This document shows positions 38,375 to 50,210 of a DNA stretch of 64,000 nucleotides, piece by piece. Under the pieces are notes generated by a model that was given only the letters and a program-made list of their open reading frames with translations, was not told the origin of the DNA and ran no database searches. The stretch covers positions 224,626,001-224,690,000 of the forward strand of contig OZ024740.1 in assembly GCA_964016885.1 (NCBI GenBank), read 5' to 3'. The position numbers and the translations under genes were made by a program. Each line of letters starts with the position of its first letter. The stretch's first letter is position 1. The stretch comes from Eledone cirrhosa. Taxonomy: Eukaryota.

Positions 38375-41300
38375 TGTTTTCTTTATTAACCACAAGGGTT
38401 GACACAAAGTAAAGCATTAAGGACAACACAGGACATACAGGACCGTACAAATGGGTATTTCAGCATATAAAAAAAAAGAGGATGTAAGAAAAAAAAGGAA
38501 TCAATGAAAAATTCCCCAAAAAGGGGAGACTTCCAAGGGTCGCTTATGCAGAAAGCCCACAAAAAAGCCACGGATTCACTGACCTCTAGGGCAAGTGCCT
38601 CTTCCAGTTTTCTTCCCACTATGCTACAGGCACACGCTCAGGGTAGGCCCATTCGCATGGGCCATTCTTGCCTCTCTTACCCACCTTTCAACAAACTGAC
38701 TGGAAAGCAGCACTTCCCTCTCCACCTTGATTTTCCTTTTCAAGTAAAACCTGAAAAAGTTAATGAGGGCGCCACCAAGGAGGAAAGTACCTGCATCCCA
38801 GTTCGCGTGGGATTCCCCTCAACGTCTCCAGTTTGTGCAGTAATGTCTCGAGAGTCAATACATATAACAGGAACGAGAGGGGACATCCTTGGCAGACCGA
38901 GCACATGATGTTGAACAGTTCCAAAGCCAGCCACCCTCAGGACTGCCGCCAGATAATGATGGGCGACCCTATTGAAAGCTTTCGACTGATCTAATTTGAT
39001 CAAGGACCCACCCATGCCAGGTTCCCTAGCTACCTTCTCCATGATGTATCGCATGAGGTGGAGGTTGTCGTGGATGGATCTGTCTAGAATGGCGCATGCC
39101 TGCATCTCTTCCACCAGACCACCGACGACAAGCGCCAACTTCTTTGCTAGCACCTTGGCCAAAATCTTGAACTTTGTGTTTAGCAGAGTTATGGGCCTGA
39201 AATTATCTATGTTATCCCCTTGTTCGGATTCTTTCTCAGGAGTGCCACCGCTCCTCGGCTCACAGAGCTGGGAATTCTACTGTTCTGATGACAGTTGCAT
39301 TAGACGTCCGCCAAGAGGTCTCCGAACAAATCTGGCATATGTACATAAAGTTCATATGGCAGACCATCCAAAGAAGGCGATTTACCCATTGTGCAGCCAG
39401 TAATTGTCTCCCGTACTTCAGCAGCTGTTATCGGCTTTTCGTAACACTCCGCCTCAGTGGCCGAGAGCAGCGGCAGTCCGTCGAGGCAGGCACTAAAGTC
39501 CATCCCGTGATCCGGCCCACTGTAGGCCGCGAACAGCTGAGCAAAGTGTCGCTGAAAAGCCGAACACATTGCCCGGGACCAAGTAGCATGCGCCCGTCGT
39601 GGTCCGCCAAAGACCGGATCGTGGCTTTGTTTCCACAATGCGCCTCCGCCACCCGGACCCATTGAACGGCTTTCATCCCCTCATGTCTGAGAGCACGCAC
39701 CCTAGCTCTGACAATGCAGCCTTCGTGCTTTGAGTTGAAAAATTGGTTGAAGGCCAATTTCGCCGCAAGAACATCTAATTTGCTAACTAGTTCTCCCTCT
39801 GCTCTATTTTTCTCTATTACTAACACTTTACTAAATTTAATGGACCCTATTCTAATCGCTCTTTTCAGGGCAAACCACCATTTGTTGTTGACGATGGCCC
39901 CCGTCAACACCCGCTTCGCTAATTCGCTAATCCGGTCTCTGTAAGCTTTGCGCACTGTTAACGACGCATTTAGCGTTCAGTAGCTGGGTCCCTGTCTATG
40001 AAGCCTATCTAAATCAACCACACAAATCACAAATTTGTGGGCCGTGTAGTTGATTATCTTGAATTGTGGACAGCCTATGCTAGACCTATCTATTTCCCGA
40101 CAAAATACCCTATCTAGATGACCCAATGCAGTTTGTCCAAGTCCGCATTGGCACATTCGGGAAATCCAACCGCTACATGTCAGACAGTTGAAAATGTCTG
40201 AGCATGTTTGCGCGGCTTTTACACCCTCCTCTAATCCCACACAGTCCCAGCGTGCATCTAAGATCCCGTTCTAGTTACCCACTAACACTAAAGAGCGGGA
40301 CGTTCCAAAAAAGACGCCAGAAAATGTCGGGCCAACCTGCTCCTGTTGGGGGCATAGACGGCCACTAGCCTGAAAGCTTGCCCTTCTCCACTGGTCACGT
40401 CGAGCACCACCAACTTACTTCTCTGGAACAACACAGCCACTCCCCTCGATCCGGGACGGATTGGAGATGTGTACACCTCATAGATGCCGAAGATGGGTAG
40501 AATGCCCGTGCCTTGTAGATTCAGGTGTCGCTGATGTCCATCACATCTATGTTTAGCGACCTGGGATCATTGAGCAGGTGGCCCTCCTTCCAAGACGATC
40601 CCAGTCCACGTGCATTTATGCTATCTATCCCGAGAGAAGCCATGTTGCCTAGGATGGGAGGAAAACAAGTGAAAAAAAGTTTGCCTGTGGCTCTTTTTTA
40701 GGAAGGGGGGGGGGGTGATCCATCCCTCCGACCAGTGGTGGGTTTCTTTACGAGAATGTCTGTGAATATTCTTTTGGTGATGTTCCTTCGGTAATCTCCA
40801 ATTGATGTGTGGAACATTTTTTTTAATGTCATGTAATTTTTTGGGGTGATTTCAATTATTTTTATGTGTGTATGGTGTGCAATTTTGGTGGTCTGTACGT
40901 AGTTTGTTTCTGTGATGTTGGTGTGGTGTTGAATGTAATTTAAAAGCTTTGTGTTGTCTGAGTCTATGGCTGTGTATTGCGTCTGCTGTTTGGGTGTTGC
41001 TGCTTTCTGTGTTTGCTGTGGGGTTGAAGGTGACGATGGTGTAGATGCTAATGGTGGCGGTGGTGGTGTTGGTGGTCTTGATCGTGTAGGTCGTTGTGGG
41101 GGTGTGGCTGTTGATGGTGGTGGAGGAGGTGGGGTCGTTTTCATTTGGAGGGGGGGGGGGTTCTTTCTTCCTCTTCTTTTTCGGAGGGCGAAGATAGGGA
41201 GTTTTTCCCTTTTCTTTTGCTGGGATGGTTTTCCATCCTTCGGCCTTATCACACTCCTTGTCTGATTTAGCAATATCGGAGAGGGGCATGCCCTCCATTG

Positions 41301-42498
41301 GTTCTGTTGGTGGTGGAGGAGATGGCGTTTTTGTTGTTGGTGATAGTAATTTTTCTTCTGCCACTGTGGTCTTGGTTGGTTTGTCCACTCCAGTCACAGC
41401 GTAGGGAGAGGTGGGGAGCACATGCCCGTCTTGGTGAGTTTGGGGTAGAAAGCTTTAAGGTGCGTCTTGACACCGCATCATAACACCTTGGTCGCATACC
41501 TTCAACAGTCACGGATAGATGGCTGCCGTCGTCCAGGTCTACTACATTGGGGATGGCCTCGATGCTCTTATGGTTTGCTTGGATGATTAACTCCATTCCC
41601 GAACCTGTCCAATTCTCCTGTCTTATTCATATGACGTTGAGGGTTGTTGTTGAATCCTTGACGTCAGCAAGGACGGCCGCCAACAGCCACGCGCTCTCCA
41701 CTGAGGGCGGAACATGGGTTACTCGAACTCTCACGACTCTCTGGCCACAGTATGTGGGCATCGTTATTATTTCGTCACTGCAGAGTGGCGCAATGGTGTG
41801 TGCTCTGACTTTTTCCGGTGTAGCGAAGAGCACATCCACAATGCCATACATCGATCCTATGGCTATGTATGTTTTCTGTACCCAGACGGCATCCATAGTC
41901 CTTTGGACCTGTGGCTCCATTGCCTGTTCAACTCGGTGCGATTTTATTCCAATTGTGTGATAACTGACCGAACACAAAAGCTTGTTTTTCATTATATTAG
42001 CTGCGCGAGTGAGACTTACCCTCTGTCCGGTCTTTTTAACCAAGATCTTGGCTTGCTTTATCTCCTCGTTGTTGATGTGTACCCGTTCGACATTTTCTGC
42101 AGCTTTAGCGAACGATGAGGTGGTCTGCTGTGCTTACTCTGTTGTCACCACCACCGCCACTGTCTGTTGTTGTTGTCACCACCACTGCCACTGTGGGTGC
42201 TGCTGTTTCTCTTGTTCTTGCTTCTACCTTGTGATTGGACGGAAACAGCTGTTCTACCCTGTGGACAACCTTTTCGTCCACCATGTTTTTTTTAACAAAA
42301 AATTGAGGAGTATAATTGTAAATAAATACAAATTCAGCCCTTAAGGACGCGAGATACAGTTAAAAAACCACCTCCTTTGAAAGAGGGGTTCTTTAACTAG
42401 ACATCAATGTAAGAATTACTATATAAAAATTTCGATAAATTTATAAAATTCAACTGACTTACTCCATTGTAGTTACACACGTCTCGAGAGATTCAGCA
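38375..42498 (-). mobile_element. Internally deleted, degenerate Tx1-group LINE retaining 5'UTR, ORF1, APE endonuclease, part of RT and 3'UTR
   Basis: ORF1 remnants at ~40700-42285 homologous to 60526-62516; ORF2 start ~40643; large deletions at ~38790 and ~38920; (AAT)n at both ends. Confidence 0.88.
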
Positions 42499-44020
42499 CA
42501 ATAATAATAATAATAATTGTTTCTACTTTAGGCACAAGGCCAGCAATTAACCAGTGTATTACTGGTACTTTATTTTATCGACCATGTAAGGATGAAAGGC
42601 AAAGTTAACCTTAATAATATTGGCAGAATCATGCATCAAACATAATACCTTATAGTATTTAGTTTCAGTACTTTGCAATTTGTGTTCAAATCCTGTCGTG
42701 CTGAACTTTGCTCTTCCTCTTTCTTGGATCAATAAAGTAGCCTACCAGTCAAGTGCTGGTTTTCTTATTATTCCTTTGTTGGAGTTAATCATGTTGATAC
42801 TGTAACAATTTCTCAGACCATTGTGTCTCATAAAAGTAATTACTATTATAATTGTTGTTGTTTGCATGGGCATATGTTTACAGAGCTCTCTATTAGAATG
42901 TGTTTCCCAGGGCTGATGAAGTAGGGCTCTGAGAAGCCAAGGATCCCTTCTTTCAACATGGCGTTGGCCAGGTGTTATGAGCAGAAGTTCTACTCATTGT
43001 CCTGTGCTTTTATCTTGTGGTGTAGTTGGATTCTGAAGAAAGGTGGGAAACTGTTCTCGGAAAATAAGAAAGGAAAATACAAAAACTGAATGAGTTCATA
43101 CTAAAGACAAGTAAACTGCTGGAAGTTCTTTACAACAAATGCCATTCTTTGGCATTATGTATGCTTTAGGACAAGTTCCCTCTTCCTTCTCCTTTCAACC
43201 AGTGATTCTCCCCCTCTTCTCTGGTTTCCAGCATGATGTCGTGGTTATGCAATTAGTTGGGAAGAGGTTGGTTATTATTTTAGAGATGTGCATTTACATT
43301 AAAAAATGGAGACAATTTTCAAAGCAGACAATTTTCTCCAGTATGCTCTTTTCATTTGTAATTTAGCAGGGATATGAAAAGCTGTCCTATGTTTTAGGAG
43401 ATAGAGATAGATATAGATTTTCTTTGCTTGATCTCATATTTAGTAATATGACAGAGAAAAATATCTTCAAAATGTGTCTTGCTCATATTGTTTCTTTCCC
43501 AGGAAAAAAGATTCCCATTTGAATATTCTGTGTCATTTACTATGCTAGCAAATGCACTACTCACTTCCAGAGACGTTGAAATGTTTTCATTTGGCATATA
43601 ATGCATCTATGTCTCAGTGTTGCTGTCATGATATTGCCACTTATTGTATTTCAACTGGTATTTTTGATAATTAAAATATCATGGTTTACTTTTTTTTTAC
43701 TGTGTGTGTGTTTGTTCAGCATTAATAATTCACTGAGCAATTAATTTTTTTTTTCTTTGTGTTTGTTAAGTTTGTAAACAGTGATATTTCATACACTTAG
43801 CTCCATTAGGGTTGTGCTGGTCTTTTTTCTTACGTTTCCCAAAACAGGAAAAAAAAATTAAATATCTAAAGAGATGAGTTGAGTTTTTAAGGTCTGCCAC
43901 AAAATGTGTCAGTATGCAAATTTTCCAGTACGCAAAAGAAAGGTTTTAAATTGTTAATTTGTGAAGAATATAAAATTCAGAGCTTGGAAAACCACACCCA
44001 GTCACTGGAACTGCCAATAA

Positions 44021-44226
44021 TAATTGTTTCTATTTTAGCCACAAGGCCAGCAATCTTGGGGGAAGGGAAAGTCGACTAAATCGATCCCCGTGCATTACTG
44101 GTGCTTAATTTTATCCATAAGGATGAAAGGCTAAGATAACCTCGGCGAGATTTGAACTCAGATCATAAAGGGGCGTAATCCTATGGCAGAAAGAATATTG
44201 TCTGACGCTCTACCGATACTGCCAAT
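44021..44226 (-). mobile_element. Nin-domain SINE flanked by AAT repeats
   Basis: Reverse copy; ctgccaataataat on both sides. Confidence 0.75.
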
Positions 44227-44467
44227 AATAATAAGAATAATAACAACAAGCATGACAACAACAATGATCATTACTATATCTTAATTCATTTGAATTATTC
44301 CTCTGAATATGGTGTTTCCGAAACCCCTAATTTCATTTACAATTACAAAGACACACACACATATATATGTACAAACATATATATATCATATATATATATA
44401 TGCACACATATACATACATATATAAATAAATATATATATATAAATATATATATACACACACACATAC

Positions 44468-44547
<80 letters not shown>

Positions 44548-44548
<1 letters not shown>

Positions 44549-44665
44549 GGCGTGTGGCTGAGTGGTTAGAGAATTGGTTTCGCAATTGTAAGGTTGTGAG
44601 TTCGATTCCTGGACCAGGTGATGCGTTATGTCCTTGAGCAAGACACTTTATTTCACGTTGCTCCT
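44548..44665 (+). mobile_element. tRNA-derived CORE-like SINE 5' half
   Basis: A-box TGGCTGAGTGG, B-box GAGTTCGATTCC, then tgtccttgagcaagacactttatttcac. Confidence 0.8.
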
Positions 44666-44789
44666 TCTACCTGGAGTTGCGACCGATAGATAGTATTAGC
44701 AATTGGAAAGACCAACGGAAACATTGGTCCCTTGGTCCGATTTGACGAAAGTCGATCGTTCCAACTATACATATATATCTAAAAAAAAA

Positions 44790-45272
44790 AGTATAAAGAC
44801 TCTCTTGAGACTGGGGGCTCATCGAGCCAGTGCTTATCCAAGTTTCTATGCCGTGAAGCGGCTGAGAGTACAAGACTCCACACTAGACAGGGCATCAGAT
44901 GCAGTGTTAAACAACAAGCTATCGCTGTTACTCCTTTTTTTTCTTCAGCTGAGTATAGTAGAGCAATGTGAAATAAAGTGTTTTGCTCAAGAACACAACA
45001 CACAACCCAGCCCAGGAATCGATTCCACAGCATTTCTTGAGCATTTTTAAGCCTGGTGGAGCTCATCCCTCTCCAGGCCTGAGTGCAGCAGATATCTCCC
45101 AGAGAGAGGAACAATCAATCCCAGTACTAGACTGGTACTTTTTTATTGACCTCAAAAGGATGGAAGGCAAAGTTGACCTCGGCGGGATTTGAACTCAGAG
45201 AGTTAGAGAGCCGGAACAAATGCTATAAAGCAGATTCTATCCAACATTCTAATGACTCTGTCAATTTGCTGC
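44790..45272 (-). mobile_element. Adjacent CORE-like SINE (~44790-45027) and Nin-domain SINE (~45118-45272)
   Basis: Same head and centre motifs as the other copies. Confidence 0.6.
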
Positions 45273-45367
45273 GTATGTAATATACATATATATACACATA
45301 CATACGTACATATATATATATACTTACCTACATACATATATATAGAGAGACATACATATATCTATCT

Positions 45368-45741
45368 ATCATTTTACGTCCGCATTTCCCTGCTTGCAAG
45401 AGTGGGACGGGAACTGATTCTGGCTTGATTTCTACAGCTGGATGTTCTTCCTAACACCAACCTCATTTACAGTGAGTGCTGGGTGCTTTTTGTCCATGGC
45501 TCCTACACGTCCACTTTACTGTGTGGGCTGGGTGCTTTTTTTCTGTGGCACCTCCACGACCACTTTGCAGTGGAATGATAGGGACCCCTGTCCTATCATC
45601 TCATTTCTACACTGAGTAAACTGGAGCAATGTGAAATAAAGTGTCTTGCTCAAGGAAACAACATATCACCAGGTCCAAGAATTGAACTCACAACCTTTCG
45701 ATTGCAAGCCCAATGCCCTAACCACTAAGCCATGTGCCTCC
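45368..45741 (-). mobile_element. Composite SINE: tRNA head + CORE-like centre + RTE 3' tail
   Basis: Same structure as 8010-8372 with a complete head. Confidence 0.8.
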
Positions 45742-45901
45742 ATATATATATATATATATATATATTTAGGTTTGTTGGTTCAACGCTGGATAGAACTGGT
45801 CATTCCGTATGGTCAACCTTGATGTAATATCATGGAGAGCACTCAACGTAATGCAACTCACCCGTCTTCGTTTGTGTTGTTGGTGGTGCGAGTACGAAGT
45901 T

Positions 45902-46007
45902 AATAACAGGAGGCTGGACTGGTGTAATTCCTTAAAAGGTTTATTATACTATGATCATAGTATAATAAACCTTTTAAGGAATTACACCAGTCCAGCCTCC
46001 TGTTATT
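45902..46007. repeat. Perfect 106-bp palindrome without spacer
   Basis: aataacaggaggctggactggtgtaattccttaaaaggtttattatactatga|tcatagtataataaaccttttaaggaattacaccagtccagcctcctgttatt. Confidence 0.95.
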
Positions 46008-46012
46008 TTATA

Positions 46013-46064
<52 letters not shown>

Positions 46065-46095
46065 ATTTATATATATATATATTTATATATAAATG

Positions 46096-46259
46096 AAGTA
46101 TTTCCGTCGGAAAGGTACAGGAAAAAAGAGTGCTCTATGTAGGCTACAGAGCTTATTAGTTATGTAATAAACAACGTAAGATAATTATTTCATTTACCAG
46201 TGGTTTCTTGTGTCTGTCTTTGTAAATGAAATAATTATCTTATGTTGTTTATTACATAA
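46096..46259 (-). repeat. Rearranged copy of the sequence around and downstream of the 3802 hammerhead
   Basis: aagtatttccgtc..ctacagagcttattagttatgtaataaacaac..atttaccagtggtttc is the reverse complement of ~3840-3923; a short re-inverted segment follows. Confidence 0.7.
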
Positions 46260-46298
46260 ATAAATAAATATATTTATATATATATATTTATATATATA

Positions 46299-46334
<36 letters not shown>

Positions 46335-46339
<5 letters not shown>

Positions 46340-46680
46340 TAAAATAACATTAAATATTCAGATGTTGTTTCTGCATGATGAACATAAGTCAATAGAGTGC
46401 TCAACCGAAGGAGCCAAATAGTAATAATAATAAATTTGAAGACTAAAATCCAAAGAGGGCTCAATAAGTATAAATATATATCAAATATAGAACCGTAGAG
46501 CAAATATTTACTAAAATAACAGTCAATAGAGGCACTCTATTGACTTATATTCATCATGCAGAAACAACATCTGAATATTTAATCTGTTATTTTAATAAAT
46601 ACTTGCTCTACGGTTCTTATATATTTGATATATATTTATCCTTATCGGATTATAGTCTTCAAATTTATTATTATTACTAT
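46335..46680. repeat. Scrambled inverted repeat (circularly permuted arms)
   Basis: 46335-46398 pairs with ~46532-46600 and 46418-46520 pairs with ~46585-46680; the ends match 7091-7112 and 7320-7346. Confidence 0.7.
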
Positions 46681-46760
46681 ATTTATATAGTAATTTTATA
46701 TATATATATATAAAATAAATTATGTTTTCCTCGGGTTTTTATATTCTTCGAGTGAGAAGA

Positions 46761-46844
46761 ACCCTCTGACGAAATTCTCCTTCTCAATGGTGTTCCGCAT
46801 GGATTATCCATTTATTTTGAGACTTGAAATCGTGCGGTAAGGGT
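46761..46844 (+). ncRNA. Type-I hammerhead ribozyme motif with extended stem-loop II
   Basis: accct-CTGACGA-[aattctc...gagactt, 53 nt]-GAAA-tcg(tg)cgg-TA-agggt; perfect 5-bp stem I. Confidence 0.75.
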
Positions 46845-46912
46845 ATATATAGTAAGTACAGTAAACTTTTTAAAATTTATTTTAAAACTTTTTCTCTATT
46901 TGCTAAACTTTG

Positions 46913-46946
<34 letters not shown>

Positions 46947-47103
46947 CAAAGTTTAGCAAATAGAGAAAAAGTTTTAAAATAAATTTTAAAAAGTTTACTG
47001 TACTTACTATATATATATATAATCAAAGTTTAGCAAATAGAGAAAAAGTTTTAAAATAAATTTTAAAAAGTTTACTGTACTTACTCTATTTACCCTTACC
47101 GCA
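46845..47103. repeat. ~170-bp palindrome centred on (TA)n plus a tandem duplicate of the right arm
   Basis: tagtaagtacagtaaac..aaactttgatta-(TA)n-taatcaaagttt..gtttactgtacttacta; the right arm is repeated at ~47020-47103. Confidence 0.85.
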
Positions 47104-47516
47104 ATTTACTATAATTACCCTTACTAAATATATATATATGTATAAATATATATATTTATTACATTTATATATATATATAAATGCTCTATGAAATGATGTT
47201 AGAGTAATGAAATTCATTGCTAATTGAATTGACATATAAATTCGAAAATTATAAGAAATCAATTAAGGAACTAAATATTGAAATCTCCTAATTTGATGTA
47301 AATAACTGGATTTGAGAAAGTGTGATAGTAGAAACAGTACTTCATTACCTATTTTGAATTTCTGTTTTCCAAAGTGAATCTAAATATCAAGAAAAAAAAA
47401 TTTAAGTATGAAAATGATATTTATATTGAAATGTTTCTAATATATAAGATGATTAATGATGACTCTTTTATTGGTTTTAATAATGGGCATTTAGTTGTTT
47501 ATTCTGTTACACATCT

Positions 47517-47707
47517 TACAAGGTTCAGCTGAAAAGTTTTTTGGCTGACTATGAAGGAGTGATGCTAGAACGGTGAAGTCTTGGTTGCATTAATTTCAAC
47601 TTTTCTTATTAATAACTGCATTGTTTCTTTCCAGGGACAATGTTGAAAAATAAACCGCATTTGAGAGTATCTTGGTCAGTCTATGATGTTTACAGCCGAA
47701 CCTCATA
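47517..47707. mobile_element. Probable Tc1/mariner-type MITE
   Basis: Imperfect TIRs tacaaggttcagctgaaaagttttt / atgtttacagccgaacctcata with terminal TA. Confidence 0.55.
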
Positions 47708-48466
47708 TTTGTTAAATTAATGTGTAAGTGGTTTAGAATTGCACAGAAATTCAGTGTGAATGCTGCAGTATGTAACATATCTAGACTTTTATATTAGAGG
47801 TAGAACCTATCCAGTGAGCTTCCACATAGATTTCATTGACCCAGTTTTATTCACAATGATTGGTTAGACTCAAGGATAGGGTAAAGGCATATGCCCAAGA
47901 TACTACTCAATGGACTTGTTCATGGAATCTATAGGATTATGAAGCAACATACGTATCACTCACACTGCACCAACAAGATATCGTACAAGAGAGTAAAGTG
48001 TATGACATTACAGAAAATGAAATATCAAATATGAATTATTAAATAAATCATGAAGATTTATAAACGATTATTCATTTACATATTCCTTCATTCCTCTATA
48101 ATTCATTAGTTCCAGTCCTATGGCTGTGACTATACAGGTGCACTACATTCCATTCGATACACCTGATATTGGTTACTCTTAAGATATGCTAGAAGGAAAT
48201 TACACAAAGCCCCATGCAGTGTGAACAAAACTGGAAGCAGATGGCTGTAAAATGAAATTTGTGATCATGTGGCTTTATCATCATCACCATTTAATGCCCA
48301 TTTTTCCAAACTAGCATGGATTATATCAGTTGTCCCATTGTGAGACAAACCAGATCAGATGACATGTGTATTAATTTTGGGTTTATTTCTATAGCTAGAT
48401 GCCCTTCCTAATGCCAACCACATTTACCAAGTGGACTGGCTGCTTTTTATCTTGACGCCTACATGA

Positions 48467-48561
<95 letters not shown>

Positions 48562-48565
<4 letters not shown>

Positions 48566-49793
48566 CCTTGAGAAAGCCTTTGACAGAGTTCCACGTGCAG
48601 TAATCTGGTGGGCTCTTAGAAAACTAGGAGTAGATGAATGGCTTGTGAAAGCGGTACAAGCCATGTATAGGGGAGCAGTCAGCAAAGTTAGGATTGGCAA
48701 TGAGTATAGCGAGGAATTTAGCGTACAGGTTGGGGTCCACCAGGGCTCTGTTCTTAGCCCTCTCCTGTTCATCATAGTCCTGCAGGCAATAACGGAGGAG
48801 TTTAAGACCGGATGCCCATGGGAACTCCTGTATGCTGATGACCTCGCACTCATAGCTGAATCTATGGTAGAACTAGAGAATAAATTCCAAACCTGGAAGC
48901 AGGGACTAGAGAGAAAGGGCCTCAAAGTCAACATGACAAAGACTAAGGTCCTTATAAGTAGACGAGAAAACAGAACCCAGATCCCCTCAGGGAAATGGCC
49001 TTGCTCAGTATGTAGGAAAGGTGTAGGTAGGAACTCCATTCTTTGCCCCAAATGCAAACAATGGGTACACAAGAGATGTAGCGGGATCTCAGGAAGCTTA
49101 ATTAAGAATGTAGGATTCACATGCAGCAGCTGTGCTGAAACAGCAAGCAAACAGCCACAGGAAACAAGTACCACCAATCTCTGGGAGGGCCCTGTAGAAA
49201 CAGTAGACAGCTTCTGCTACCTAGGTGACCGAATTAGCAACGGAGGTGGGTGCTCAGAAAGTACAATAACTAGGGTAAGAACGGGATGGAAGAAGTTTAG
49301 GGAACTACTACCACTGCTAGCTGCAAAAGGCTTCTCCCTCAGAATGAAAGGCAGACTGTATGATGCGTGTATCCGAACAGCGATGTTGCATGGTAGTGAG
49401 ACCTGGGCGCTGAAGGTGGAAGACTTACGTAGATTAGAGAGAAACGAAGCCTGCATGCTCCGATGGATGTGTAACAGTAATATACGTGAACGACAAAGCA
49501 TAAATGAATTGAGAGAGAGACTGAGCATAAGAGGAATCAAATGCTGCGTGCAGGAGAGGCGGTTACGCTGGTATGGACATGTGATGCGTATGAAGGATGA
49601 CAGCTGCATAAAAAGGTGCAGAGCACTAGAAGTTGATGGAAACCGCGGAGTGGGGAGACCCAAGATGACTTGGGATGAGGTGATAAAAGCCGACCTTACC
49701 CAACTACACCTCTCAAAGTCAATGACACACGACCGTGACTTCTGGCGTCACGCAGTAATACAGGGTACCCGACCTCCCATGGGTACATGCTGA
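48562..49793 (+). CDS. RTE reverse transcriptase (truncated) with embedded PHD-like zinc finger
   Basis: [23 protein letters not shown]-x10-CPKC-x4-HKRC-x14-[34 protein letters not shown]. Confidence 0.88.
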
Positions 49794-50098
49794 AGCATAT
49801 AAACAATATGCCCCCCCCCCCCCTCCACCGCAAGGTGGCCGTGGAGGTGCCACGGCAAAAAAGCACCCAGCCCACACTGTAAAGTGGACGTGTAGGCGCC
49901 ACGAAAAAGCACCCAGCACTCACTGTAAATGAGGTTGGTGTTAGGAAGGGCATCCAGCTGTAGAAATCAAGCCAGATCAGTTCCTGTATGAGCAAGGCAT
50001 GGTCAGCCGACCAGACACTGCCCACAACAGGACAACCCGTCTAACCCATGCTAGCGTGGAAGAACGGACGTAAAACGGTGATGATGATGATGATGATG
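48562..50098 (+). mobile_element. Young 5'-truncated RTE LINE inserted in (TA)n
   Basis: Open frame from [10 protein letters not shown] to the stop at 49793; 3'UTR ends in (GAT)n; (TA)n on both sides. Confidence 0.93.
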
Positions 50099-50106
50099 AT
50101 ATATAC

Positions 50107-50210
<104 letters not shown>

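Noticed and set aside
44548-44612. tRNA gene
   Set aside because: The A/B boxes belong to a SINE head, followed by CORE-like sequence and lacking a proper acceptor stem
48395-49663. Long antisense ORFs over RTE (and similar ones over Tx1 copies)
   Set aside because: Shadow frames of retrotransposon coding sequence
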